A stretch of DNA of 54,160 nucleotides, taken from positions 1 through 54,160 of IMG/VR virus record IMGVR_UViG_3300032323_000448; one strand, given 5' to 3'. This document shows positions 1 through 9,574 of the stretch, piece by piece (position 1 is the first letter of the stretch; every line of letters starts with the position of its first letter). Source of the stretch: a virus (taxonomy: Duplodnaviria; Caudoviricetes). The position numbers and the translations under genes are program-made. The notes beneath the pieces are model-generated. The model made no database searches, was not told the DNA's origin, and saw only the letters and a program-made list of their open reading frames with translations.

Positions 1-89
1 GAGTTCAGGTTCTCCGACAAGGAAAGGACAAAGTTCGTCCCTGCCAGCGAGGCAAACGGTGACTGGGCGAAGCTTGCAATTCCGAACAT
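1..89 (-). CDS. Partial phage tail-region protein (N-terminus only, runs off window)
   Basis: ATG at 89 reads MFGIASFAQSPFASLAGTNFVLSLSENLN, open to the window edge, 3 nt after the previous stop. Confidence 0.6.
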   Translation of the reverse strand, partial: MFGIASFAQSPFASLAGTNFVLSLSENLN

Positions 90-92
90 GGG

Positions 93-278
93 TTACTCGG
101 GTTGGGGGTCAGCGGGTAGCGGCTTGTTGCCTTCTTCCAGCCACTTCAGGTACTGCTGGTAGTCGGTGTTGTCGGGGTCTTCGGGAATTGACAGGACGGG
201 AGCGCCGTTCTGAAGTTGTACGATCATGACTGGCGATTGCTCTGACAGCCCTTGTTTTAAAACTGTGTACTGACTCAT
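93..278 (-). CDS. Small tail-fibre-associated/assembly protein (61 aa)
   Basis: MSQYTV... start abuts the fibre stop; SIPEDPDNTDYQQYLKWLEEGNKPLPAD motif typical of small genes after phage fibres. Confidence 0.7.
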   Translation of the reverse strand: MSQYTVLKQGLSEQSPVMIVQLQNGAPVLSIPEDPDNTDYQQYLKWLEEGNKPLPADPQPE

Positions 279-279
279 T

Positions 280-1416
280 TCAAAGCTCCGCAGAAGCAGC
301 CCAAGAAAAATCGCCTTCCCACATATACATCGATGCGGTTGTGGGAGCTGTTCCTCCAGCGACTCTATTGCTAACAAACCGAACAGCGTTTGAGGAGATA
401 TTCAGTGCAGTGAACGTATGGGCGGCGTTAGCACTGACAGTGTTATTACCAGGGATTACCCATACATTTGTTGCTGTAACTGTGGGCACTGACGGAGTAG
501 CTCTTTTTGTGACCACAAAAGGGATAGCAACGCAAGAGAAGCCAGCCGCAGAACCGGGGGCGGCGTTGGGGGAATATTGCCCCGCGAGTCCGGTAGACGG
601 GACCACACCAGCTTCATAGTACCGCTGGCACTGGATCAACTGCCGCCCGTAGTCAAGGCGCTCGAAAGGCTCGGCCACAGTGCCTGCTTCCAGTTGCACC
701 CCGGTGATGTAGAAGGTTGCGCCGTTGGTGCCCACGACCGAGACAGAGCCAGTCGGTTGAACCAAATTGGCCGATTGCCATGACCCGGCAGTTCCTGTGT
801 AAGTAGAGCCAGAGCCAAGACCAAACGTAACGCTCAGACCCCTTCCGTTAGTCGTATTCCAAGTGCCGGAAGTATCGCCAGCGATGGTGACAGTTTTCTG
901 TTCCCAAGTATTTGAAGCGCTGATCGTGTAAGTAAACGGATAAGACCTGCTGGCATTAACGTTGCCCAAAGAGCCGCCAAAGGTTCCAGTTAACGAGCTA
1001 CGAACCCAGAACGACAAAGTAACCGTGACTGCCGATGCGGTTCCGAATGCAAGGTCTGATACGTTAAAGCCCTCAATCCTTTGTGTCAGCAAAAACGTGT
1101 CGCCCGTCAGGACTGAGTACGCAGACGTAGAAGTCACGCCTAGATAGTTCGTAAACCCAGTCGGCGGTGTGACAGAACCTGCGTTTTGCTGAACGGTCAA
1201 TTTTCCTGTCTGTACGTTTTCAATCAGCCAACGATCAAGGGTGTAGCTGTTGTTCGGCGTCACACTCGCCCCAGCATTGCGCTGGTCGATGACCATGTTG
1301 CCGTTGATGATGCGGTTGCGAAAGCCCATCGAGCTGGGCGGGCTGGCGACCCCGGAGAAGACAGCATTGCTGCCGCCGCTGGCGTCTTGGAAGGTGTTTG
1401 CTTTTACGAGGCTCAT
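280..1416 (-). CDS. Tail fibre/receptor-binding protein with carbohydrate-binding-like domain
   Basis: FRNRIINGNMVIDQRN...DRW...TGVQLEAG...CQRYY pattern common in phage fibre tips. Confidence 0.75.
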   Translation of the reverse strand: MSLVKANTFQDASGGSNAVFSGVASPPSSMGFRNRIINGNMVIDQRNAGASVTPNNSYTLDRWLIENVQTGKLTVQQNAGSVTPPTGFTNYLGVTSTSAYSVLTGDTFLLTQRIEGFNVSDLAFGTASAVTVTLSFWVRSSLTGTFGGSLGNVNASRSYPFTYTISASNTWEQKTVTIAGDTSGTWNTTNGRGLSVTFGLGSGSTYTGTAGSWQSANLVQPTGSVSVVGTNGATFYITGVQLEAGTVAEPFERLDYGRQLIQCQRYYEAGVVPSTGLAGQYSPNAAPGSAAGFSCVAIPFVVTKRATPSVPTVTATNVWVIPGNNTVSANAAHTFTALNISSNAVRFVSNRVAGGTAPTTASMYMWEGDFSWAASAEL

Positions 1417-1694
1417 GCTTGTGCTCCTTGACGAGCGGCCTCTTGGGCCTCGTATTCAGCCTGACGCTCTGCGGCGCTCTTGACTGGCGCGGCGTTCACA
1501 ATGTCTTCCTTTGTGCCGGAAATGGTTCCGCCAACTGCTGTGATGCGCTCTACCTCTGCGGCAACAATCTCTTCAATCGCGATACGGCAACGATTGTGAA
1601 CAGCGTTGTCAATCCAATCTTGAGCCGACAATGCCACAACATGAAGCGCTTTGTCTTCTGCATCAGAAATGGTAACCGTATAAGTTTTGGTCAT
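1413..1694 (-). CDS. Hypothetical protein, probable fibre assembly partner
   Basis: 93-aa ORF coupled to a fibre gene, follows the C1q-like fibre. Confidence 0.65.
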   Translation of the reverse strand: MTKTYTVTISDAEDKALHVVALSAQDWIDNAVHNRCRIAIEEIVAAEVERITAVGGTISGTKEDIVNAAPVKSAAERQAEYEAQEAARQGAQA

Positions 1695-1709
1695 AATAAT
1701 CCTTGTACT

Positions 1710-2345
1710 TTAGCCAATTAACTTGATGGTTGTCGCGTTTGCGCCTGGGCCATACCACTGGCCACCGCTGCCAGAAACACGAACATCAAGGATGTCGTTA
1801 GCTGCGGCACTCACCAAGCAAACAAACCCCCCGTTCTGTTCATCCGCGTTCCCGTTCGTGATGCATCGTAATTGGCGGGTGGCGTATGCAGCGCCGTTTT
1901 TGTACACCCAAGCGTTGAAAGACGCATTACCAATTGAAAGCGCATTAAAAGAAACTTCGTAAACCCCGGCAATCGGGCAGGTGAATCTGCCGGTGCCGGT
2001 GTTGTAACAGCTACCCACGTTCACATATCCAAGGTTGCACTGAAAAATGACGTAGTTCGACTCGCCAGTGTTGTTGTAAGTGCTGTCATCACGCGCACCA
2101 TAAAACATCGGCTGCGACGGTGTTGTTACGCGCCCAGAAGCATCCATTGCAAACGAGCCAGAAGGTGCGCTTGCATTCACGCTGAACTGGGCAGGCAATT
2201 GACTTACGGCAACAGTAGACGCAGACGACAGCACCGTGCCCGTTTCGGCAGGCAACGTCAGGGTGTAGTTGCTGTTGCTGTTGGGCGAGGCAATCGTGAA
2301 GATGCCCGTGCCCGAGGCGTTGCCTTGAACTTTAATTTGTGACAC
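1710..2345 (-). CDS. Tail fibre tip with C1q/TNF-like domain
   Basis: NVGSCYNTGTGRFTCPIAGVYEVSF C1q signature; N-terminal TLTLPAETGT linker. Confidence 0.75.
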   Translation of the reverse strand: MSQIKVQGNASGTGIFTIASPNSNSNYTLTLPAETGTVLSSASTVAVSQLPAQFSVNASAPSGSFAMDASGRVTTPSQPMFYGARDDSTYNNTGESNYVIFQCNLGYVNVGSCYNTGTGRFTCPIAGVYEVSFNALSIGNASFNAWVYKNGAAYATRQLRCITNGNADEQNGGFVCLVSAAANDILDVRVSGSGGQWYGPGANATTIKLIG

Positions 2346-2901
2346 GTTGTTCCCTTTCGCGTTTTAGCCACGGCGCAATTCGCCCCGGCACGTAGCCTTC
2401 TGGTGCAAGTTCTGGCTTACAAAAAACAGTTGCTGCACCGTTATTAAACCAAGCCTTGCCTTTTGCGTACACCCCGATTTGCGCCCGTCGCTCTTCGGAA
2501 AGCGGCTTCCTACTTTTGCCACGGAGCGCCGCGCCTATCGCGGCTTTGTGTTCTTCGGAATGACGGCGTCCTTGTTTTGCACGCGACATGGCTTTTTTGG
2601 CTTCTTCGCTGAGCGCCCAGCCTCGGCCTCTTTCTCCACCAGAAGAATAGTTGGCCATGTCAAAACCCGCATTCTTGAATGCAGCGATCAAACACGCCTC
2701 CAGCGACAACGCGGAGTCTTCGCTGTCACACTCCATGAACCGCGCAAGAATGGCACCCTTGCCGTACTTGGCAACAATCCGCTTGTGATGCGAATTACGC
2801 CCAGAATAAAAATCGCGTGCGCGCTTGCGCGTGCCCTTGCCTACATAAAAAGGCTCCCCGTTTGGTCGGCAGTGCAAGTAGACGCCGAACACTTGGCTCA
2901 T
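2332..2901 (-). CDS. Free-standing GIY-YIG-type homing endonuclease with NUMOD3-like repeats
   Basis: GVYLH...FYVGKG..R, LEACLI, basic repeats LSEEAKKAMS/HSEEHKAAIG/LSEERRAQIG. Confidence 0.75.
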   Translation of the reverse strand: MSQVFGVYLHCRPNGEPFYVGKGTRKRARDFYSGRNSHHKRIVAKYGKGAILARFMECDSEDSALSLEACLIAAFKNAGFDMANYSSGGERGRGWALSEEAKKAMSRAKQGRRHSEEHKAAIGAALRGKSRKPLSEERRAQIGVYAKGKAWFNNGAATVFCKPELAPEGYVPGRIAPWLKREREQRVTN

Positions 2902-3773
2902 TGTGCGGCTCCTTCAAGCGCGGCGATGCGGGCGGCTTGACTATCTACGATTGCTCTGAGTTCCTGCAAAGCAGCGGTCAGCGTGGCGACCAGGAAGCTG
3001 GTGTCGATGCCTTGGGGCTTGATGTTGCCGTCTTCATCAACGGCGTCTTTCTCGCCGCTAACAGCGTCAGGGCAGACCTCGGCAAGTTCATGGGCGATGA
3101 AACCTTGGCTGACCTCGCCTGTGGACTTCCACTTATAGGTGCAAGGCTTGAGTGCTGCCACCTTGGCAAGTGCTCCCACCATCGGTTGCACATCTTCTTT
3201 CAGGCGATAGTCCGAGGAAGTAACGTAAGAGGTGTTAGTTGTTGTGCAACTAATTGAACCAATTTGCGTAGTAGAACTATTAAAAAACCTTGCCGCATCA
3301 TATCCAGCATTGTTTGTTGGTCTAGTCGCTATTCCGCAATAAGTTCCTGTATCAAAAGCTAAACTTATCAATCCAGCATTGATTTGAGTTGTAGTTCCAA
3401 CTAGCACCGCGCCGACCGAGGTGATGCGGGCGCGTTCGGTGGCGGCGGTCAAGAACGTCAGCGCATTGGCTGCGTCAGTAGCCATTCGCACAGAGCCATC
3501 AACCACATCATCAGAGCCAACAAAATTGAGCCAGCCGTTGGAGTTGACGCCATCAGTGCGTTTGACAGTCATGCCGCCAGGGTTGGTGTTAAAGCGCGTA
3601 ACCTCGCCCGAGCTATCAATTCGCACCCGCTCCGTGCCGCCCGTAGCAATAGCCACCGTGTCAGCGGCCGGGAAGAACATCCCGGTGTTGGAGTCAGCGC
3701 CCTGCACAGAAGGGGTGCTAGCAGAGCCGTCAACTCCGGCAACGCCCGTGGTTCCGCTAATCGTTACTGCCAT
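2898..3773 (-). CDS. Tail fibre with C-terminal intramolecular chaperone (peptidase S74) domain
   Basis: SSDYRLKEDV...GFIAHEL..VCPDAV, C-terminal coiled coil; ERxRI repeats. Confidence 0.85.
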   Translation of the reverse strand: MAVTISGTTGVAGVDGSASTPSVQGADSNTGMFFPAADTVAIATGGTERVRIDSSGEVTRFNTNPGGMTVKRTDGVNSNGWLNFVGSDDVVDGSVRMATDAANALTFLTAATERARITSVGAVLVGTTTQINAGLISLAFDTGTYCGIATRPTNNAGYDAARFFNSSTTQIGSISCTTTNTSYVTSSDYRLKEDVQPMVGALAKVAALKPCTYKWKSTGEVSQGFIAHELAEVCPDAVSGEKDAVDEDGNIKPQGIDTSFLVATLTAALQELRAIVDSQAARIAALEGAAQ

Positions 3774-3783
3774 AATTTTCTCC

Positions 3784-4548
3784 TTAGACCACAGTCCACG
3801 TTGCGCCGGTAGAGACCGTCACCGTGATGCCGCTGTTGACCGTCACAGGGCCAAACGACCCGCCGTTGTCCGTGCTGGCAATCGTGTAGTCAGCCGCAAT
3901 CGTCTGAGAGTTCACAAAGATGCCATTGGTGGCGTCAAGGATTGAGGCCTGAAACTCTCCGGTGCTGGGCCTGTACAGCAGCTTGGCGTTGCTGGTAAAG
4001 ACCGTCGTGGCAGAGCCGCTCGTCGCGTTGGCAAACAACGGAAAGACGTTCGTGGCCGTCGAGGTGTCGTTGCTCAGAGTTGCGCCACCCACCGGATTCC
4101 AAGCAGGAGAAGAGCCGCTGTAGCCCTCAAACTGGTTGATCGTCGTGTTGTAGCGCAGCATGCCGGTCACAGGAGACCCAGGCTGCTGACCGGACGTTCC
4201 CTTGCTGATCAGCAAAGCACCGGTGGAGCTGAAGGTCGAGTCAGCGGTGGCCGTCAGGGCTCCCGTAACCGCTATGGTCGAGCCGTTCCAAGTCAGGTTG
4301 GACGAAGCGCCAAAAACGCCGTTGTTGTTGAACTGGATCTGAGTGTTTGATCCCGCCACAACGCCCGCGCCACCGTTGCCGGCAATGACACGAACCGTGC
4401 CGCCGTTGTCCTTGTAGTACAGCCGGCCATCAGTAATGTTGATCGCCAGTTCCGCGCCGTTGGTGTTGTCCAAATTCGCTGCCAAGGGAACGGCAGAAGC
4501 CGTCGAACTGGCATAGAGCTTGATCGGGGTGTAGCCTGTTTGAGCCAT
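3784..4548 (-). CDS. Tail fibre adaptor protein
   Basis: N-terminal GAELAINITDGRLYY (Mtd-N-like), GMLRYNTT..QFEGY module, C-terminal GPVTVNSGITVTVSTGATWTVV. Confidence 0.7.
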   Translation of the reverse strand: MAQTGYTPIKLYASSTASAVPLAANLDNTNGAELAINITDGRLYYKDNGGTVRVIAGNGGAGVVAGSNTQIQFNNNGVFGASSNLTWNGSTIAVTGALTATADSTFSSTGALLISKGTSGQQPGSPVTGMLRYNTTINQFEGYSGSSPAWNPVGGATLSNDTSTATNVFPLFANATSGSATTVFTSNAKLLYRPSTGEFQASILDATNGIFVNSQTIAADYTIASTDNGGSFGPVTVNSGITVTVSTGATWTVV

Positions 4549-7145
4549 CAGAAAGTTCCTCCAGAAATACCGCCAGTCAACTGGCTGGTACTGGGGTTGC
4601 AGGTTATGGACGAGTTTACCAACTGGGGTAGGTTTCCGGTAGTGGCAGAGACGAACGTCAGGTAGTTAGTTGCGTTCGTTGAGTTCGCCGTGATCGCCGT
4701 ATTGGCGGCGTTTGTGGCGTTCGTTGCCGACCCCACCGATAGGGTGCTCTGATCCACGTACTGAGGAGCCGAAGCACCAGCGGTCAGAACAAAATTGGTC
4801 GTGCCCAAGGCCAGCTTGGCCAAGGAGGTCGAGCCCGAGGCATACAGAAGGTCACCAACAGCGTAGGAGGTCAGCCCGGTGCCGCCATAGAGCGCCCCAA
4901 TCGCGGAGGCGTTCCATGTGCCTGCGGTCAGGGTTCCAACGCCCGTGATGCCGGTGTAGGAGCCGCTGATGTAGGCAGATCCCACGGTGCCAGAGGTGAT
5001 CTGGTTGCCGTTGATGGCAATCGGGGTATTACTGGCGCTGGTGATCTGGCCCTGAGCATTAACAGCAATCGTCGGGACGCTCGAGGCAGATCCGTAGGTG
5101 CTGGCGCTCACCCCGGTGTTGGTGATGCTAAAGGTCGTCCCCGTCAGCGTCAGACCCGTACCAGCAGAGTAGACCTGGGAGGCCGAGAACTGGGTGAACG
5201 TCAGGTTGGTCGTGCCGATGATGATCGGGTTGCTGGTCGTCAGCACATACGACTCACCCGCGCCGGTCAAGCCTTCTTGGACAAAGAAGTAGTCACCCTG
5301 GCCTAAGCCGGTGGTGCTGTCAGGCTTGTAGGTGTTCTCAGCCGTGGCCCGAGTCAGAACCCAAGGCACCGCGCCGCTACCAACCGTCGTAACCGTATAA
5401 ACGCCGTTCTCATAGGCATTAACTTGGTTGTAAACAAGAACCCTATTGGTAGATGACAGGCTTACCCCGTCAATTTGGATGGCGGCAAGCGCACCAGCGT
5501 TGGTGAGAGTCGCCCCCACACCAGCGTTGACCAAGCCGGCAATCGTCAGACCCGTCCCGTTGATCAGGGTGGTGATCTCCGGGCCGTTATAGGACAGAGA
5601 CAGCGTGACCTGATTAGCCGCCGGAACCGAGTACACGTAGTACGCAGTACCCGCAACGATGCCGTTGGCGGTGGACGAAAAGACGATCTGATCATTAACA
5701 GACAGGCCCGGAGACGTAGAGAACGTCAGCGTCGTCCCGCCCACGATGTCAGTGACCGTTACCGCGGTTCCGCCCGGCGTGTACGTGGCATTGAGCGCGG
5801 TGGGGGTCTCGACCCGAACCGGCGCGTGAATGGTGATGCCGCTTGAGACAGCATCGTCCACATACTGCTTGGTAGCCAGTTGCAGGGCGCTTACAGGGCC
5901 TTGGGTGACCGCAACAGAGGTCAGGCCAGCCAAGGTGGCGCTCGAGGCTCCAAGAGCCACAGAGGTCGATCCCAGCGTGATAGAGCTGTTGGTCAGCGCC
6001 GAGTTTGGGATGTTCGACAGCGTGTTTGTAGAGCCGCTGATCGACTTGTTCGTAAAGGTCTGGGTGCCCGCCAGCGTGGCAACAGTCGAGTCAATTGCAA
6101 TCGTGACCGGACTAGAGCCGTTGTAGCTGGTACCCGAGAGACCCGTGCCAATCGTCAGGGCGTTTGAGGCCGTAGCGGTCACGGTCACGGAGCCACCCAG
6201 GGACACCGAAGAGCCGTTGATCGTGATGGCGCTGTTGGTCAAGCCCGAATTCGGGATCGTGGCAACCGCGGTAAAGGGGCTGGTTCCGTTACCGACCAGA
6301 TAGCCGGTCAGGGCGGTAGCTCCAGAGCCGCCATTGGCGACGTTGAGCGTCCCGCCAAGGGTGATAGCACCGCTAGTCGGTGCAGCGGGGGTCAGGCCGG
6401 TAGATCCGCCGTTGAACGAGGTCACCCCGCCAGCGGTTGAGAACTGCGACCAAGCGACCCCGTTGTAGCCATCAAAAGTCTGGGTGTCCGTGTTAAAGCG
6501 GATCTGACCCGAGGTTCCTAGCGGCTGTTGGGCTGTAGTCCCGTGAGGAAGCACCACACCGCCAGTGCCCGGAAGCACAGCGTCATCAGCAATCCCAATG
6601 GTCGGATTGCCCGGTCCACCCCCGTTGGCGACATCAATCTCGCCAGCAGTTCCCACGATGTCAACCGCGGTCGCTCCGGTACCGGACAAGGCAACAAGAC
6701 CAGAAGACCCGCCAAGGGCCGCCAAAGCCGCTGCACGGCCATCCAAGGCGATTGTGGGGTTGCCGGATACTCCGTCCCCATTGGTGACCGCCAGACCGAC
6801 TCCAGAGGCTGTAATGGTGCGGGACGCGACCGTGGAGGTCGAGGTCTTAGCCATGATGCCCGCAGCGGCGTTCTGGAACTGCAAAGCAGCACCGGTGAGC
6901 TGCACCGTCATCGCAGCCTGCGCACCGCCATCGACCAGCGTCACGCCGTTGTTACCGGCCAGCGAGCGGCTGTTCGGGAGGGTGGGCTCCTGATTAACGG
7001 TCAGGAACGTCTGGGTCAGGTTCGGGGACGCAGCAATAGCCTGGGTGGTGGTCTGAACCGTCACCCCGCTTTGGACGATGGGAACTAGCTCGGTCCCGGT
7101 TAAGGGGCCGGCTGCCGGCAACTGGGAAATTTGAATATTTGGCAT
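4548..7145 (-). CDS. Long tail fibre protein (865 aa)
   Basis: G/T/S-rich repeats, ATKQYVD, RVLV.NQ..ENGVY..W.LTRA, YSAGTGLTLTGTTFS, GGTG motifs. Confidence 0.85.
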   Translation of the reverse strand: MPNIQISQLPAAGPLTGTELVPIVQSGVTVQTTTQAIAASPNLTQTFLTVNQEPTLPNSRSLAGNNGVTLVDGGAQAAMTVQLTGAALQFQNAAAGIMAKTSTSTVASRTITASGVGLAVTNGDGVSGNPTIALDGRAAALAALGGSSGLVALSGTGATAVDIVGTAGEIDVANGGGPGNPTIGIADDAVLPGTGGVVLPHGTTAQQPLGTSGQIRFNTDTQTFDGYNGVAWSQFSTAGGVTSFNGGSTGLTPAAPTSGAITLGGTLNVANGGSGATALTGYLVGNGTSPFTAVATIPNSGLTNSAITINGSSVSLGGSVTVTATASNALTIGTGLSGTSYNGSSPVTIAIDSTVATLAGTQTFTNKSISGSTNTLSNIPNSALTNSSITLGSTSVALGASSATLAGLTSVAVTQGPVSALQLATKQYVDDAVSSGITIHAPVRVETPTALNATYTPGGTAVTVTDIVGGTTLTFSTSPGLSVNDQIVFSSTANGIVAGTAYYVYSVPAANQVTLSLSYNGPEITTLINGTGLTIAGLVNAGVGATLTNAGALAAIQIDGVSLSSTNRVLVYNQVNAYENGVYTVTTVGSGAVPWVLTRATAENTYKPDSTTGLGQGDYFFVQEGLTGAGESYVLTTSNPIIIGTTNLTFTQFSASQVYSAGTGLTLTGTTFSITNTGVSASTYGSASSVPTIAVNAQGQITSASNTPIAINGNQITSGTVGSAYISGSYTGITGVGTLTAGTWNASAIGALYGGTGLTSYAVGDLLYASGSTSLAKLALGTTNFVLTAGASAPQYVDQSTLSVGSATNATNAANTAITANSTNATNYLTFVSATTGNLPQLVNSSITCNPSTSQLTGGISGGTF

Positions 7146-7146
7146 A

Positions 7147-7488
7147 TCAAACCGCTATTCCATCAAGGTTGCCGTTATTTTCCGGCGTCTGTGTGTTCTG
7201 CTCAGTAGAGATCGTGAACCCACCAAAACCACCGCCGGAGACTAGCAAATCATTCGGGTCCGTCGCCACGCTGACATCCGGGCGCGGAAAGCGTAGGGCA
7301 ATGCGCTCCGTCTTGCGGGCCGGCAGTCGATACGGATCTTTCTCATCAGCACAGTTGTTCTGGCATACGCGCAGCCCCGGAAAGTTCGGATCAGGCATCT
7401 GCTCATCAATGGCTCGCTTCATCTTGCAGCGGTCGCAGACGAAGATTGCCAGTGAGGCATTGCCTAGAGTATCCAAAAAACGGGGCAT
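7147..7488 (-). CDS. Hypothetical virion-module protein with CxxC pairs
   Basis: VCDRC...RVCQNNC; tightly packed in the structural operon. Confidence 0.7.
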   Translation of the reverse strand: MPRFLDTLGNASLAIFVCDRCKMKRAIDEQMPDPNFPGLRVCQNNCADEKDPYRLPARKTERIALRFPRPDVSVATDPNDLLVSGGGFGGFTISTEQNTQTPENNGNLDGIAV

Positions 7489-7506
7489 GCTACACCCAAA
7501 AAGTAA

Positions 7507-8565
7507 TCATCTTGTGTACACTCCAATCGCTGGTGCATAGTAGATCGGCGACTTGTCGCGCTCTTCCTGCTCGGCTTGATTAAAGTGCTTCTCGGCCTGC
7601 CCCTCGAGGTAGGTGATCCGCGCCACATCCACGCCGGGCAGCTCCAGGCTCATCTGGTGAGCCAGCATGGACTGAATCGCCAGATACCAGCGCTGGGGGA
7701 TCTCCAGCTCATCCGTGAGGTCGCCCACATCCATGATCTGGCGCGAGTACCACACCGTCATCTGGATGAACGGGTCGCTAGGCGTGGGCCACAGCGTGAT
7801 CGTCGCCTGCGGGATGGTGCGGTTGAACCAAAATTGGTACGGCTGGTTGGCCGTGAAGTTCTTGTTGGGCAGGTTCGTGTAATCGTCGCGGTTCAGGCGA
7901 GCCATGGTGATCTCGCGGCTATTGTTGCCGACGTAGAACTCACGCACCTGAAGGGTGTTACCGCCCGTCTCACGCATCCGGTAGAACTGCCGAGAAGCGC
8001 CAGGGTCAATGTCGTACCACAGCCACTCATTGTTGACCCAGGTGGTCACACCGGTGTCTTCCAGCAGGCTCCAAGTCACGCCGTCGGTAGAAGTCTCCAA
8101 AAGGATGTGAAAACTGCCCGAGACGCCCGGCAAAATGCCGATGGAGCCAGCGTAGATGTCGTTGTTGTTGCCGTAATTGACGCTGATGTTGCCGTTTGGC
8201 GCAGATTGGATGCAAACCGTGTCAATATCGTTGTCAAAAGCGTTGTTTGCCACGCCAGAGGACGCCGAATAGCCGCCCGTAGGCCGCTGCATCTGCCGAT
8301 ACAGCACGTTGAGCACATCCACGCCGCCAACAGGCAGCTTGTACTCGTACTGATCCGCTTTCAGGCCGTAAACCTTCTTGCTGATGGCCCAATACTGGAT
8401 GCCGATGTTGATCAGGTTGCTCAAAAGGTAGAAAAGCGACTCTCGAGCGCTCAAAACCTGCTCGCTCGTGAGCTCTTCAGCCAACTTTCCAGACCGGCGA
8501 GCGCCATGATCAATCAGTGTCTGCACACTGATGACGGTTTGACCGACTGTTCCGCTGTACGCCAT
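7507..8565 (-). CDS. Putative head-tail connector/adaptor protein
   Basis: Position after head genes; ITLWPTPS, LEIPQRWYLAI..MLA pattern of podovirus adaptors, with an inserted beta domain. Confidence 0.6.
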   Translation of the reverse strand: MAYSGTVGQTVISVQTLIDHGARRSGKLAEELTSEQVLSARESLFYLLSNLINIGIQYWAISKKVYGLKADQYEYKLPVGGVDVLNVLYRQMQRPTGGYSASSGVANNAFDNDIDTVCIQSAPNGNISVNYGNNNDIYAGSIGILPGVSGSFHILLETSTDGVTWSLLEDTGVTTWVNNEWLWYDIDPGASRQFYRMRETGGNTLQVREFYVGNNSREITMARLNRDDYTNLPNKNFTANQPYQFWFNRTIPQATITLWPTPSDPFIQMTVWYSRQIMDVGDLTDELEIPQRWYLAIQSMLAHQMSLELPGVDVARITYLEGQAEKHFNQAEQEERDKSPIYYAPAIGVYTR

Positions 8566-8581
8566 TATTATTTCCTCTTGC

Positions 8582-8986
8582 CTACCAACCTGGGCATGAC
8601 CAGCGCTTCATGGAGGCCCTGGAGCGGCTTCCTTTTTCGCTTTTCTCTGCAATAGACCCCATTCTCGCGCAAAAGGAGTCCCTGCGGGAGCCACCTTGGG
8701 GCTGCGGAGCCTTCAAATTAGCCCCCGTCTCGCGGTTGTACTTGGCCCGGCCCTTGGCAGTGAGCCCCGCACCGCGCTCTACAGGCATTTTTTCGCCCCG
8801 ACCCACAGCCAGACTAGGCCCGCCCTCTTTCATGCGCTCTGGCAGCTTGCTATAGGCCTTCTTGCCCTTGTTCGACTGGGTGAACTCAGCCGCAGTCGAG
8901 GGGCTGATGCCGACCTTCTTGGCAAACTTGGGGCTGCTTTCTGCGGCCTTCATCAGCCGGAACTGGGCTTGGGACTTGGCGGGCAT
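8582..8986 (-). CDS. Small basic protein (DUF6321-like C-terminal half)
   Basis: K/R-rich; GLTAKGR..YN, RRDSFCARM...RWSC. Confidence 0.65.
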   Translation of the reverse strand: MPAKSQAQFRLMKAAESSPKFAKKVGISPSTAAEFTQSNKGKKAYSKLPERMKEGGPSLAVGRGEKMPVERGAGLTAKGRAKYNRETGANLKAPQPQGGSRRDSFCARMGSIAEKSEKGSRSRASMKRWSCPGW

Positions 8987-8989
8987 GAT

Positions 8990-9574
8990 TTAAGCCACCT
9001 GAACCATGACTGCAATGATCGATGGAATGGCAGGATAGGCAGGAGACACGCTTGCAGGCAGGTGCTCCAGCGTCACGGAAGTGCTGGTAGGCAACCAAAC
9101 GATCTGCACATAGTCGTTTGCGTTCAGATCCAGCAAAAACGTCAGCGATGAGACGCTATAGCCAAAGATGCCAGCACTCTTTCGAGCGGGAACTGTGTAC
9201 TGGGTTGCAGAATTTGCCAGATCAACGCCATTAATCCGCAGCCAAACAGTTGCATCCTCTTGAGCGTTCGTCGTGTTTTTGAACTGAGCGCTAAATTGCA
9301 GGTTGTACTTGCCAGTGTTAGGCACAGTAATTTGGCTTCCGCTAACTAGCGTGATGCCATCACTGATGTCAGTCGTGTTGAACGTCATGATCGTGCCGGC
9401 GCTGATGCTGCCGGTTTGATCAGTGCCATCGCTCCAGGCGCCATAAGCGTTGTCAAACGCACGGATGGAGCTCAGAGTTGTCTGTACGTTGGCGCCACCT
9501 TGAACAAGCGGAACAAGTTCTGCGCCCGTCAAAGCAGACGCAGAAGGCATCGCGGAGATTTTTTGGTCAGGCAT
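8990..9574 (-). CDS. Short fibre protein with C1q/BclA-like domain
   Basis: KISAMP N-terminus; ITVPNTGKYNLQFSAQF, LNANDYVQIVW. Confidence 0.7.
   Translation of the reverse strand: MPDQKISAMPSASALTGAELVPLVQGGANVQTTLSSIRAFDNAYGAWSDGTDQTGSISAGTIMTFNTTDISDGITLVSGSQITVPNTGKYNLQFSAQFKNTTNAQEDATVWLRINGVDLANSATQYTVPARKSAGIFGYSVSSLTFLLDLNANDYVQIVWLPTSTSVTLEHLPASVSPAYPAIPSIIAVMVQVA

Noticed and set aside
280-3773. Diversity-generating retroelement acting on fibre tips
   Set aside because: No reverse transcriptase and no template/variable repeat pair seen
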